Source: an uncultured Chloroflexia bacterium (lineage in GTDB: Bacteria; Chloroflexota; Limnocylindria; Limnocylindrales; CSP1-4). Taken from it: a stretch of DNA of 64,000 bases. Of this stretch, positions 54,585-64,000 are shown one piece after another. Both the position numbers and the translations under genes were made by a program. The stretch lies in NCBI GenBank assembly GCA_963749705.1, contig CAVVNQ010000003.1, positions 96,001 to 160,000 on the forward strand, written 5' to 3'. A model generated the notes under the pieces. That model saw only the letters and a list, made by a program, of their open reading frames with translations. It searched no databases and was not told the DNA's origin. How positions within the stretch are numbered: position 1 is the first letter of the stretch; each line of letters begins with the position of its first letter.

Positions 54585-57233
54585 ATGGCCGACCTGATCA
54601 CGCGCCCCGACAGCCCCATCGAGCGGCGTGACGCCCGTCCCGATCAGCCCACGCTGCTGGACACCGTCACGGCCCGCGAGGACACGCTCGCCGAGCGCCT
54701 GATCACGACCCAGTCGCCGCAGCGGCCGCAGAGCACGCCGCGGATCCGGATCGAGGTCGATGGCCGGGTCGTCGAGGGGTTCGAGGGCCAGACGATCCTC
54801 GAGGTCTGCCGCGACAACGGGATCGAGATCCCGACCCTGTGCTACGAGCCCAAGCTGCCCGGCTTCGGCGCCTGCCGGATGTGCGTGGTCGAGGTCGAGG
54901 GCGAGGACACGCCGCCCATCTCCTGCTCGCGGGTCGCCGATGCGGGGATGGTGGTCCAGACGCAGACGGACGAGCTGCGGCGCCTGCGCAGGACCAACCT
55001 GGAGCTGATCTTCAGCGACCACAACGCCTACTGCCTGCCACCGTGCCAGAACAAGTGCCCCAGCCACATCGACATCCCGGGCTTCCTCAAGGCCAACGCC
55101 GAAGCCGACTGGCGCGAGTCCGCGCGGATCTTCAAGCGCACGATCCCCTTCCCGAGCGTGCTCGGCCGGGTGTGCCCGGCCCCGTGCGAGGAGCACTGCC
55201 GCCGCGACGAGGTGGACGAGGCGATCGCCATCCGCGACAGCCACCGGTACGCCGGCGACCAGGTGCTGCGGGCGATGCTCGACGAGGACGTCGATCCGCC
55301 GATCCCGTTCGAGCGCCAGGCGCCGTCCGGTCGCCGGGCCGCGGTCATCGGGTCCGGGCCGGCGGGCATGAGCGCCGCCTACTACCTCCTGCTCAACGGC
55401 CACGACGTCACCGTGTTCGAGCGCGATCCCGCGCCGGGCGGCATGCTGCGGTACGGGATCCCGCAGTACCGGCTGCCCAAGGTGGAGGTCCTCGAGGCCG
55501 AGTACGAGTCCGTGTGGCGGCTGGGCGGCAAGCTCGAGTGCAACCAGGCACTGGGCCGCGACTTCACGCTCGACGACCTCCAGAACCAGGGCTACGACGC
55601 GGTCGTCGTCGCGATCGGCTGCTACAACACCAACAAGCTGGGCATCCCCAACGAGGACGCCGACGGCGTCATCGACGGACTGGAGTATCTCCGCACCGCC
55701 ACGCTCGGGCTGCCCTACCCGGGGCATGCCGGGACCCGGGTGGTGGTCATCGGCGGCGGCTTCACGTCGATGGACTGCAGCCGCACCTCGATCCGCCAGG
55801 GCGCCAGCGACGTGACCCTGGTGTACCGCCGCGACATGAAGGACATGCCGGCGTCGGGCGAGGTCCACGAGGCGATCGAGGAAGGCGTCACGGCGATCTT
55901 CCAGGCCGGCCCGACGCGCGTGATCACGGATGACAAGACGGGCAAGGTCACCGGGGTCGAGTTCATCCGGATGGCGCTGGGCGAGCCCGATGCGTCCGGC
56001 CGGCGGCGCCCGGAGCCCGCACCGGGCACCGAGTTCACGGTCCCCTGCGATCGCGTCCTGCTCGCGATCGGGCAGGGTCCGGAGCTGGACTGGATCGGAC
56101 CCGGGTCCGAGGGACCGGTCGCGACGCGACAGCATCGGCTGGCCTCGGATGCGGTGACCTTCGAGACCGCGCGCCCGGGCGTGTTCGGCACCGGCGACGT
56201 GCGGATCGGCGCGGCGACGGTCGTCCAGGCGATCGCGGAGGGCCGCCGCGCGGCGTACGCCGTGGACGCCTACCTCAAGGGCCAGGACCTCGCCGCGATC
56301 CGCACCCGCCAGACCCTCGCCGAGCCGCAGCCCGAGTTCCTCTCGATCGTGCCGTTCACGGGCGAGGTCAAGGAGCCGCGCTACCGCCTCAAGGCGCTCG
56401 AGGCCGAGGCGCGCAACGACAGCTACGTCGAGTACGAGATCCCGTACACCCGGGACGAGGCGGTCGCGGAGTCGACGCGCTGCCTCCAGTGCACCTGCGA
56501 GGCGATCGGGTTCTGCGACCTGCGTCGGCTGGGCATCGAGTACGGGACGACGCTCAGGACGCTCGAGCCCGCGTTCCACCAGGGCGCCGGCTACCGGAGC
56601 GTGACCGAGAACCGGTTCACCGGGCGCAACCACGACTACGTCCGCGACGACAGCCACGCGTTCATCCTGCGCGAGCCCGCCCGGTGCATCGACTGCGGCC
56701 GATGCGCCAACGTGTGCGCCGAGGTCGTCGGTGCCGCGTGCTACGACTTCATGCGGATCGGCTTCGACACACTGGTCACGACGCCGCTCGACATGAGCCT
56801 CAACGACACGCCCTGCGTGTCCTGCGGCCGGTGCGCCGAGACGTGCCCGACCGGAGCCCTGATGCCCAAGCCACGGGTGCTCCAGAAGTACGAGGTCGAC
56901 GAGAGCCGCTGCATCCTGTGCGGGATCTGCGTCGACGCCTGCCCCTACGATGCCGTGCGCGACAGCGACCAGTTCGAGCTCAGCCACACGTCGCGCGTGG
57001 AGCCGATGATCGACCTCCTCGCGCTGGCCGCGGTCGAGCGCGAGACCGAGATGAGCTATATCCGCCGCGAGCGTGACTGGGCGGAGCGAGCCCGGGCCGA
57101 GGGCCGTGTCCTCGACTCGTCCCGGCTGCTCCCCGTCCTGCCCGCCTCGTTTGCGAGCGGCAATGGAAACGGGAACGGCCACGGAAGCGGACCTGCGTCC
57201 GCGTCCGCGACGGCCCATGCCCACGATCACTGA
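54585..57233 (+). CDS. NuoG-like Fe-S / GltD-like FAD oxidoreductase fused to C-terminal half of NuoI
   Basis: IPTLC..GACRMC..SC 2Fe-2S; GSGPAG, GGMLRYGIP.YRLP, GGGFTSMDC, YRR; CIDCGRC, CVSCGRCAETCP; then YEVDESRCILCGICVDACPYDA..FEL. Confidence 0.88.
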   Translation: MADLITRPDSPIERRDARPDQPTLLDTVTAREDTLAERLITTQSPQRPQSTPRIRIEVDGRVVEGFEGQTILEVCRDNGIEIPTLCYEPKLPGFGACRMCVVEVEGEDTPPISCSRVADAGMVVQTQTDELRRLRRTNLELIFSDHNAYCLPPCQNKCPSHIDIPGFLKANAEADWRESARIFKRTIPFPSVLGRVCPAPCEEHCRRDEVDEAIAIRDSHRYAGDQVLRAMLDEDVDPPIPFERQAPSGRRAAVIGSGPAGMSAAYYLLLNGHDVTVFERDPAPGGMLRYGIPQYRLPKVEVLEAEYESVWRLGGKLECNQALGRDFTLDDLQNQGYDAVVVAIGCYNTNKLGIPNEDADGVIDGLEYLRTATLGLPYPGHAGTRVVVIGGGFTSMDCSRTSIRQGASDVTLVYRRDMKDMPASGEVHEAIEEGVTAIFQAGPTRVITDDKTGKVTGVEFIRMALGEPDASGRRRPEPAPGTEFTVPCDRVLLAIGQGPELDWIGPGSEGPVATRQHRLASDAVTFETARPGVFGTGDVRIGAATVVQAIAEGRRAAYAVDAYLKGQDLAAIRTRQTLAEPQPEFLSIVPFTGEVKEPRYRLKALEAEARNDSYVEYEIPYTRDEAVAESTRCLQCTCEAIGFCDLRRLGIEYGTTLRTLEPAFHQGAGYRSVTENRFTGRNHDYVRDDSHAFILREPARCIDCGRCANVCAEVVGAACYDFMRIGFDTLVTTPLDMSLNDTPCVSCGRCAETCPTGALMPKPRVLQKYEVDESRCILCGICVDACPYDAVRDSDQFELSHTSRVEPMIDLLALAAVERETEMSYIRRERDWAERARAEGRVLDSSRLLPVLPASFASGNGNGNGHGSGPASASATAHAHDH

Positions 57234-57242
57234 GAGGGACGC

Positions 57243-57779
57243 GTGACGCTGCCGGATACGATCCCGCTGATCGGGATCGGGTGGGATGACCTGCTGTTCC
57301 TGGCCCTGGCCGGGGTGATGGTCGGTGCCGCGCTGCTGGTCGTCACGATGCGCGACATCATCCGCTGCGGCCTGGCCATGATCGTGTGCTTCGGCGCCCT
57401 GGCGGGGCTGTACGTGCTTGCCGGGGCCCCGTTCGTCGCCGCCGCGCAGGTGCTGGTGTACATCGGCGCGATCAGCGTCCTGGTCCTGTTCGCGATCATG
57501 CTCACGCAGACGAAGGCGGGCCCGAGGGCGCTGGTGTTCCAGACGCAGGCGGTCCCCGCGGCGATCGCGGCGGTGATCCTCGCGATCCTGATCGCGGTCA
57601 CGGTCACGGCGACCGACTGGCCCCAGTCGGCGGGACGGATCTGGACGCGAACCGCCGACGTCGCGGCGACCCTGTTCTCCTCGTTCGTGCTCCCGTTCGA
57701 GGTGGTGAGCGTGCTGCTGCTCGCGGCCGTGATCGGCGGGGTGTTCATCGCCAAGCGGGAGCGGGGAGGGCCTGACTGA
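57243..57779 (+). CDS. nuoJ: NADH-quinone oxidoreductase subunit J
   Basis: AAAQVLVYIGAISVLVLFAIML, VLPFEVVSVLLLAAVIG. Confidence 0.95.
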   Translation: MTLPDTIPLIGIGWDDLLFLALAGVMVGAALLVVTMRDIIRCGLAMIVCFGALAGLYVLAGAPFVAAAQVLVYIGAISVLVLFAIMLTQTKAGPRALVFQTQAVPAAIAAVILAILIAVTVTATDWPQSAGRIWTRTADVAATLFSSFVLPFEVVSVLLLAAVIGGVFIAKRERGGPD

Positions 57780-58111
57780 TGCTGGCCGCCCTGCACAACC
57801 TGTCCCAGACCCTGGATGCGTATCTCGTGCTCGCGGGGCTGCTGTTCGCGATCGGTGCGTTCGGCTTCCTGGCCCGGCGCAACGCGATCAGCATGCTGAT
57901 GTCGATCGAGCTGATGCTCAACGGCGTCAACCTCGCGATCATCGCGTTCGGCGCGTTCAGCCCCTCGCTCAAGACCAGCGCCTCGGTGATCGCGCTGATC
58001 GTGATGGCCGCCGCCGCCGCCGAGGCGACCGTCGGCCTCGCCATCGTGATCGCGATCTACCGCAACCGGAAGACGCCGCTCGTCGACGAGTACGACGACA
58101 TGCGGCAGTAG
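57779..58111 (+). CDS. nuoK: NADH-quinone oxidoreductase subunit K
   Basis: RRNAISMLMSIELMLN, AAAEATVGLAIV. Confidence 0.96.
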   Translation: MLAALHNLSQTLDAYLVLAGLLFAIGAFGFLARRNAISMLMSIELMLNGVNLAIIAFGAFSPSLKTSASVIALIVMAAAAAEATVGLAIVIAIYRNRKTPLVDEYDDMRQ

Positions 58112-58121
58112 GCGCCGATCG

Positions 58122-60110
58122 ATGTACGAGACCCTGATCCCGCTGATCGTGCTGCTGCCGATCGCCGGCTTCGCGTTCACGGCGCTGTTCGGTCGCCGGC
58201 TCCAGCTCACATTCGGACGCTGGGCGTCGGAGATCGTGCCGGTGGGCGGCGTGATCGCGGTGTGGGTGATCGCGATGATCGTGGTCGCCGGGGCGCTCGG
58301 CCACAACGAGGCGTTCGGCGAGCACGGCCTCGACGTCAAGCTCTGGACGTGGATCCCGGCCGGGGCGTTCAGCGTGGACCTCGGCTTCCACGTGGACACG
58401 CTGACGGCCGCGCTGCTGATCGTGGTCACCACGATCGGCATGCTCGTCCACGTGTACTCGATCGGGTACATGGCGCACGACGACGGGACGTGGCGCTTCT
58501 TCGCCTACCTCAACCTGTTCATGTTCTCGATGCTGCTGCTGGTGCTCGCCAACAGCTGGCTGCTGGTGTTCGCGGGCTGGGAGCTGGTCGGGCTGTGCAG
58601 CTACCTGCTGATCGGCTTCTGGTACCGCAAGCGCTCGGCATCGCTGGCGGCCAAGAAGGCGTTCATCGTCAACCGCGTGGGCGACGTCGGGTTCGCGCTG
58701 GGGATCATGGCGATCTTCGTCAACACCGGCACGCTCAACATCCAGGACTCGCTGGCGAAGCTGATCGAGGCGCCGGCCGGGACGCTGACGATCCCGCTCT
58801 CGATCATCGCCCTGCTCGTGTTCGCGGGCGCGATGGGGAAGAGCGCGCAGTTCCCGCTCCACGTGTGGCTCCCGGACGCGATGGAAGGTCCGACCCCCGT
58901 CTCGGCCCTGATCCACGCGGCGACCATGGTCAACGCCGGCGTCTACCTCATCGCCCGCGCCAACCCGCTGTTCGCCCACGCCCAGGACGCGATGGTGGTG
59001 GTGGCCGCGATCGGCATCTTCACGGCGATCCTGGCCGCCTCGATCGCGTTCACCCAGACCGACATCAAGCGCGTGCTCGCGTACTCCACGCTGAGCCAGC
59101 TGGGGTACATGTTCGCGGCCCTCGGCGTCGGCGCGTTCGTGCCCGCGATCTTCCACCTGATGACCCACGGGTTCTTCAAGGGCCTGCTGTTCCTCGGTTC
59201 GGGCTCGGTGATCCACGCCGTCCACGAGGAGCAGGACATGAACCGCATGGGCGCCCTGTGGCGGAAGATCCCGATCACGCACTGGACGATGTTCGTGGCC
59301 ACGTTCGCCATCGCGGGCATCCCGCCGCTGGCCGGGTTCTTCTCCAAGGACGAGATCCTGGGCGAGTCGTTCAAGTTCGGCTTCACCTGGGTGTGGCTGA
59401 TCGGCGTCGTCGTCGCGGTCATGACGGCGTTCTACATGTGGCGCCTGATGGGCAAGACGTTCTACGGCGAGAGCCGCGTCGACCCGCACGTCGAGCCCAA
59501 AATCCACGAGTCCGCGTGGCAGATGACGCTGCCCCTGGTCCTGCTCGCGATCCCGGCCGCGCTGCTGGGCATTGCGCTGACGTGGGGCGGGCCGCCGCTG
59601 TTCTCCGGCACGGGCCTGCTGGCCGGCTGGCTGGAGCCCGTGTTCGCCGACTCGGAGCACCTGCTCCACGGCAACCCGGAGGCGTTCGCGCTGGCGGGCG
59701 TCGACGGGATCCTGATCCTGATCAGCGTGGCCGCGGCCACGCTCGGCCTGGTCGCCGGCCTGTGGCTGTTCGGTGCCTTCCGCGCCCGTGGCAACCGCGA
59801 GCTGGTGGACCGGATCGCCGGCGCCAACGGCGCCACGCGGTTCCTGTATCGGGCCACCCTCAACAAGTGGTGGTTCGACGAGCTCAACGACCTGCTGTTC
59901 ATCCGGATCGGCGGGCGGGTGGCGGCGGCCATGTGGTGGTTCGACCGGACGATCGTCGATGGCACAGTCAACGGCGTCGGCGCGCTCACGCGTGACGCGG
60001 GCGGGGGCCTGCGCCGGATCCAGACCGGACACGTCCAGAACTACGCGCTGGGGATCGCGATCGGCCTGCTCGTGATGGCAGGCTCGTTCCTCGTGATCGT
60101 GAGCCGCTGA
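58122..60110 (+). CDS. nuoL: NADH-quinone oxidoreductase subunit L
   Basis: HVYSIGYM, WELVGLCSYLLIGFW, GKSAQFPLHVWLPDAMEGPTPVSALIHAATMV, QTGHVQNY. Confidence 0.97.
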   Translation: MYETLIPLIVLLPIAGFAFTALFGRRLQLTFGRWASEIVPVGGVIAVWVIAMIVVAGALGHNEAFGEHGLDVKLWTWIPAGAFSVDLGFHVDTLTAALLIVVTTIGMLVHVYSIGYMAHDDGTWRFFAYLNLFMFSMLLLVLANSWLLVFAGWELVGLCSYLLIGFWYRKRSASLAAKKAFIVNRVGDVGFALGIMAIFVNTGTLNIQDSLAKLIEAPAGTLTIPLSIIALLVFAGAMGKSAQFPLHVWLPDAMEGPTPVSALIHAATMVNAGVYLIARANPLFAHAQDAMVVVAAIGIFTAILAASIAFTQTDIKRVLAYSTLSQLGYMFAALGVGAFVPAIFHLMTHGFFKGLLFLGSGSVIHAVHEEQDMNRMGALWRKIPITHWTMFVATFAIAGIPPLAGFFSKDEILGESFKFGFTWVWLIGVVVAVMTAFYMWRLMGKTFYGESRVDPHVEPKIHESAWQMTLPLVLLAIPAALLGIALTWGGPPLFSGTGLLAGWLEPVFADSEHLLHGNPEAFALAGVDGILILISVAAATLGLVAGLWLFGAFRARGNRELVDRIAGANGATRFLYRATLNKWWFDELNDLLFIRIGGRVAAAMWWFDRTIVDGTVNGVGALTRDAGGGLRRIQTGHVQNYALGIAIGLLVMAGSFLVIVSR

Positions 60111-61645
60111 TGAACGTCTCGGACTTCCCGATCGTCTCGCTGATCACGTTCCTGCCCCTCGCCGGCGCGATCGTGGTCGCGTTCCTGCCGGGCAGCCGCC
60201 CGAACCTCGCCCGGTACACCGCCCTCGGGTTCGCGCTGGCCGCGTGGGTCGCCTCGCTGATCCTCCTGGTCGGCTTCACGCCCGGGCGTCCCGGGTTCGA
60301 GTACATCGACCAGCAGGCGTGGGTGCCCCTGTTCGGGATCCAGTACAAGGTGGGCGTCGACGGGCTGTCGCTGGCGATGGTCGTGCTGACGACGACGCTG
60401 ACCTGGATCAGCATCCTTGCCTCGTTCCGGCCGATCCAGAACCGGGTCAAGGAGTACATGGTCTCGTTCCTGGTCCTCGAGGTCGGCATGACCGGGGTGT
60501 TCGTGTCGCTCGACCTGTTCCTGTTCTACGTGTTCTGGGAGATCGTCCTCGTCCCGATGTACCTGATCATCGGGATCTGGGGCGGCGCGAACCGGATCTA
60601 CGCGACGATCAAGTTCGTCCTGTACACGCTGGTCGGCTCGCTGCTGATGCTGGTCGCGATCCTGGCGACCGCGTTCACGTACCAGGCCGCGACGGGCAGC
60701 TGGGCCGGGGCGTTCGACCTCACCGTGCTGCGCGGCTTCCCGTTCGACTCGACGTTCCAGATGCTCGCGTTCGGTGCGTTCTTCCTCGCGTTCGCGATCA
60801 AGGTCCCGATGTTCCCGTTCCACACCTGGCTGCCCGACGCGCACGTCGAGGCGCCGACCGCCGGGTCGGTGATCCTGGCCGGCGTCCTGCTCAAGTTGGG
60901 CGGCTACGGGTTCATCCGGTTCGCGCTGCCGTTGTATCCGGATGCGGCCCAGACCTTTGCCCCCGCGATCATCGTGCTCAGCCTGATCGCGATCATCTAC
61001 GGCGCCATCGTGGCGCTGGTCCAGCCCGACCTCAAGAAGCTGGTCGCCTACTCCTCGGTCAGCCACATGGGCTTCGTGACCCTCGGCATCTTCGTGTTCC
61101 AGCAGCAGGCGCTCCAGGGCGCGATCCTCCAGATGGTCAACCACGGGCTGATCACCGGGGCCCTGTTCCTGCTGGTGGGCGTGATCTACGAACGGACCCA
61201 CGACCGCACGATCGCCAAGATGGGCGGCCTCGGCGCGCCGGTACCCGTCTATGCGGCCGCGTTCGGGTTCTTCGTGTTCGCGTCAGTCGGGCTGCCGGGC
61301 CTGTCGGGCTTCGTCGGGGAGTTCCTGACCCTGGTCGGGACGTTCTCCGTGTACCCGGTGGCAGCCGCCGTGGCGACGTTCGTGATGATCCTGGCCGCCG
61401 GCTACCTGCTGTGGATGGTCCAGCGGGTGGCGTTCGGCGAGCTGTCCGAGTTCCTCAAAGGTCTGGGCGACCACCTGACCGACATGAAGCCGGTGGAGGC
61501 GCTGACCCTCGTGCCGCTGGGCGCACTGGTCGTCGTGTTCGGGCTGTTCCCCGGGCTGGTCCTGGATCTTGTGTCCGGGTCGGTGACCTCGACGCTCAAC
61601 GCCGTGGCGCAGGGCGCGCCGATCGCGTTCGGGCTGTGGCGGTAG
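60110..61645 (+). CDS. nuoM: NADH-quinone oxidoreductase subunit M
   Basis: GVDGLS, FWEIVLVPMY, IKVPMFPFHTWLPDAHVEAPT, DLKKLVAYSSVSHMG, GFVGEF. Confidence 0.97.
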   Translation: MNVSDFPIVSLITFLPLAGAIVVAFLPGSRPNLARYTALGFALAAWVASLILLVGFTPGRPGFEYIDQQAWVPLFGIQYKVGVDGLSLAMVVLTTTLTWISILASFRPIQNRVKEYMVSFLVLEVGMTGVFVSLDLFLFYVFWEIVLVPMYLIIGIWGGANRIYATIKFVLYTLVGSLLMLVAILATAFTYQAATGSWAGAFDLTVLRGFPFDSTFQMLAFGAFFLAFAIKVPMFPFHTWLPDAHVEAPTAGSVILAGVLLKLGGYGFIRFALPLYPDAAQTFAPAIIVLSLIAIIYGAIVALVQPDLKKLVAYSSVSHMGFVTLGIFVFQQQALQGAILQMVNHGLITGALFLLVGVIYERTHDRTIAKMGGLGAPVPVYAAAFGFFVFASVGLPGLSGFVGEFLTLVGTFSVYPVAAAVATFVMILAAGYLLWMVQRVAFGELSEFLKGLGDHLTDMKPVEALTLVPLGALVVVFGLFPGLVLDLVSGSVTSTLNAVAQGAPIAFGLWR

Positions 61646-61655
61646 GAGGACGATC

Positions 61656-63119
61656 GTGAGCTTCTCCGACGCCGCGACCGTCGCGCCGTTCATCGCCGCC
61701 ATCCTGGTCGCCGGCGCGATCCTCGTGGTCGACTTCATCGCCCCCGGACGCAAGGGCCCGGCCCTGGCGGCCGCGTTCATCGGGCTGGCGCTCGTGGCCG
61801 CGCTGGCGGCGGTGGTGGGGCAGGACGAGCGCACGGCATTCCAGGGGGCCTACGTCGTCGATCCCCTGACGACCTTCCTGGACATCCTGTTCGTCGCGAT
61901 CGTCGCGCTGACCATCGCGTTCGCGCCCGACTACCTGGAGGAACGCGGCCTCCCGGTGCCCGAGTTCGCTGCCGTGCTCGTGTTCGCGATGGCCGGCGCG
62001 ATGCTGATCTCGGCCTCCGCGGACCTGCTGGTCCTGTTCCTGGGACTCGAGCTGATGGTCCTGCCGGGCTACCTGCTCGCCGGCTACCACAAGTCGGACG
62101 GCTACTCAACCGAGGGCGCGATCAAGTACTTCCTGCTGGGCTCGTTCTCGAGCGCGATCTTCCTGTTCGGCCTCGTGTTCGTGTGGGGCACGACCGGCAC
62201 CACCAGCATCGCGGGCGTGGGCGCCGCGCTGACGCTGATCTCGGGTGGTGGCGCGGCCCTGTCTCCGGGGCTGGGCATGGGTCTCGCGTTCCTGACCACG
62301 GGCGTCGCGTTCAAGATCGCGGCGGTCCCGTTCCACTACTGGACACCCGACGCGTACCAGGGCTCACCCACGCCGGTGACCGGCTGGCTGTCGGTCGGCC
62401 CGAAGGTGGGCGCCTTCGCCCTGATCATCCGGCTGTTCGCGTCGGCGCTGGGACCGCTCGCCGCCGACTGGAACATCGTGATCATGGTCCTCGCGGCGAC
62501 CACGATGACCCTGGGCAACCTCGTCGCCCTGACCCAGGACAACGTCAAGCGCATGCTCGCCTACTCCTCGATCGCGCATACCGGCTACATGCTGGTGGGC
62601 TTTGCGGCGTTCGGCGCCGGGCAGATCCAGGGTCTCGAGGGGCTCCTGTACTACGGCGCGGCCTACGCGTTCATGAACCTGGGCGCGTTCGCGGTCATCG
62701 CCGCCGTTCAGAAGCGGCTCGGCGTGAGCAGCAACCTGTCGACCTTCGCCGGCCTGGTCCGCCGGGAGCCGGCGTTGGCGATCCTGATGACGCTGTTCCT
62801 GCTGTCGCTCACCGGGATCCCCCCGACGGCCGGGTTCTTCGGCAAGTTCTACGTCATCCTGGCGGCCGTCCAGGCCGGGGGCTGGCTGAACGTCCTGGCC
62901 GTCCTGGCCATGCTCAACGCCGCTGCTGCCGCCTTCTACTACCTGCGCGTGGTCGTGTACATGTACATGCGCGATCCCGCCGGCGAGGTGCCGGTCGTGC
63001 CGCATGGCCGTCTCGTGTGGACCGGGCTCGCCGTGACGTCGGTGCTCACGATCGTGCTGGGGATGTTCCCGGGCGTCCTGCTCGAGATCGTCGGCAGCGC
63101 CGCCCGCGCGGTCGGATAG
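61656..63119 (+). CDS. nuoN: NADH-quinone oxidoreductase subunit N
   Basis: EGAIKYFLLG, FKIAAVPFH.WTPDAYQGSPTPV, KRMLAYSSIAH, GIPPTAGFFGKF, FYYLRV. Confidence 0.97.
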   Translation: MSFSDAATVAPFIAAILVAGAILVVDFIAPGRKGPALAAAFIGLALVAALAAVVGQDERTAFQGAYVVDPLTTFLDILFVAIVALTIAFAPDYLEERGLPVPEFAAVLVFAMAGAMLISASADLLVLFLGLELMVLPGYLLAGYHKSDGYSTEGAIKYFLLGSFSSAIFLFGLVFVWGTTGTTSIAGVGAALTLISGGGAALSPGLGMGLAFLTTGVAFKIAAVPFHYWTPDAYQGSPTPVTGWLSVGPKVGAFALIIRLFASALGPLAADWNIVIMVLAATTMTLGNLVALTQDNVKRMLAYSSIAHTGYMLVGFAAFGAGQIQGLEGLLYYGAAYAFMNLGAFAVIAAVQKRLGVSSNLSTFAGLVRREPALAILMTLFLLSLTGIPPTAGFFGKFYVILAAVQAGGWLNVLAVLAMLNAAAAAFYYLRVVVYMYMRDPAGEVPVVPHGRLVWTGLAVTSVLTIVLGMFPGVLLEIVGSAARAVG

Positions 63120-63233
63120 CCGGCGCCGACCCCGGTCGGACGGGCGCAGCGGCGCGCTCCCGGGCACGCTGCGCATCACGGTCGCACGGCTCCGGCTCGA
63201 GGTCCGATTCGACCCGTCGGGCATACTTGAGGC

Positions 63234-64000
63234 GTGACTGTCGATCGACCGCGCGTGCTGGATGACCTCCTCGGAGCCGCCGGTCGCCTGATCGTCGTCT
63301 CGAATCGGGGCCCGATCACCTTCCATCTCGAGCCCAATGCCCCCGGCGGCCTGACGGCGGCGCGTGGCGCGGGGGGCCTCGTGACCGCCCTGGGCGAGCT
63401 GGGCCGGCATGCCCCGCTGAGCTGGGTTGCCGTCGCGATCACGCCGGGCGATCGGGCCGTGGCCCAGACCCTCGAGGAGCTCGCGCGGCCCGAGCGCCGC
63501 GTGCGGCGTCGACGGAACGGCGGCGCCCGGAATGAGCCGGGCTTTGACAGGGCCGTCGTCGGCGATCTGGTCGAGTCCGTGCTGCCGAATCAGGACGTCC
63601 GGCTCCACCTCGTGAGCCTCGATGCCTCGGTCTTCCAGCCGTTCTACAACATCGTCGCGAACCCGTTCCTGTGGTTCCTCCAGCACCGGATGTTCTCGCC
63701 GGCCTATGGCCCCAACGTGGACGCCGCGTTGCTCGCCGCCTGGCGCGGGGGGTACGTGCCGGCGAACGATGCCATTGCCGATGCCGCGGTGGCGGCGGCC
63801 GGGGATGATCCGCGGCCGATCATCCTGCTCCAGGACTACCACCTGTACCTTGCGGCGGCGCGCATCCGGCAGAAGCTGCCGTCGGCGACGATCCTCCACT
63901 TCAACCACATCCCGTGGCCGGCCGCGAGCGAGTGGCAGATCCTCCCCGCGAGCATGCGACGGACGATCTGCGAGGGGCTGCTCGAATGCGACATCGTGGG
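63234..64000 (+). CDS. otsA: Trehalose-6-phosphate synthase (GT20), runs off window end
   Basis: Translated by hand: LIVVSNRGP, AGGLVTAL, FYNIVANPFLWFLQH, LQDYHLYL, HFNHIPWP; not in the supplied ORF track because it has no stop. Confidence 0.88.
   Translation, partial: MTVDRPRVLDDLLGAAGRLIVVSNRGPITFHLEPNAPGGLTAARGAGGLVTALGELGRHAPLSWVAVAITPGDRAVAQTLEELARPERRVRRRRNGGARNEPGFDRAVVGDLVESVLPNQDVRLHLVSLDASVFQPFYNIVANPFLWFLQHRMFSPAYGPNVDAALLAAWRGGYVPANDAIADAAVAAAGDDPRPIILLQDYHLYLAAARIRQKLPSATILHFNHIPWPAASEWQILPASMRRTICEGLLECDIV

Noticed and set aside
54585-57233. [FeFe]-hydrogenase or formate dehydrogenase catalytic subunit
   Set aside because: No H-cluster motifs and no molybdopterin domain after the Fe-S region
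58122-63119. 2M-type complex I with an extra antiporter subunit
   Set aside because: Only one nuoM lies between nuoL and nuoN

Overview
Very GC-rich bacterial chromosomal segment of mostly core genes. Gene content and order suggest Chloroflexota, possibly Limnocylindria-like; this is an inference, not checked. In order: signalling genes (class III adenylate cyclase, AraC/VOC pair, two-component genes, GGDEF/HD-GYP), a Vat/CatB-type acetyltransferase, a thioesterase/hypothetical/acyP/holB/NYN/GNAT string, a liv ABC operon, an hpt operon divergent from csoR, rsmG, a potassium locus (two tandem KimA-like permeases, USP, two TrkA/RCK proteins), a heat-shock cluster (hsp20-hspR-lon-dnaJ-like-clpB) behind a HAIR-like operator, an ECF sigma/anti-sigma pair, purH-glpX, folK, a MidA/NDUFAF7 methyltransferase, a complex I (nuo) operon and the start of otsA. 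I saw no tRNA, rRNA, CRISPR or IS. The standout is the complex I operon (nuoABCDH-[I split]-JKLMN). nuoI is cut between its two 4Fe-4S motifs. The N-half is fused to a cluster-less NuoE stub and the C-half to the end of a NuoG/GltD (StnC-like) flavoprotein, with a degenerate NuoF between them. This suggests a previously unfamiliar, probably NADPH-linked, input module grafted into nuoI. Other oddities: a LivG ATPase carrying a transmembrane hairpin, a NYN nuclease with an RNase E-like disordered tail, a PurH with eroded cyclohydrolase motifs, and a probable CTG-initiated rsmG inside a long hairpin behind a DnaA box. All family calls come from motif recognition by eye; no database searches were run.
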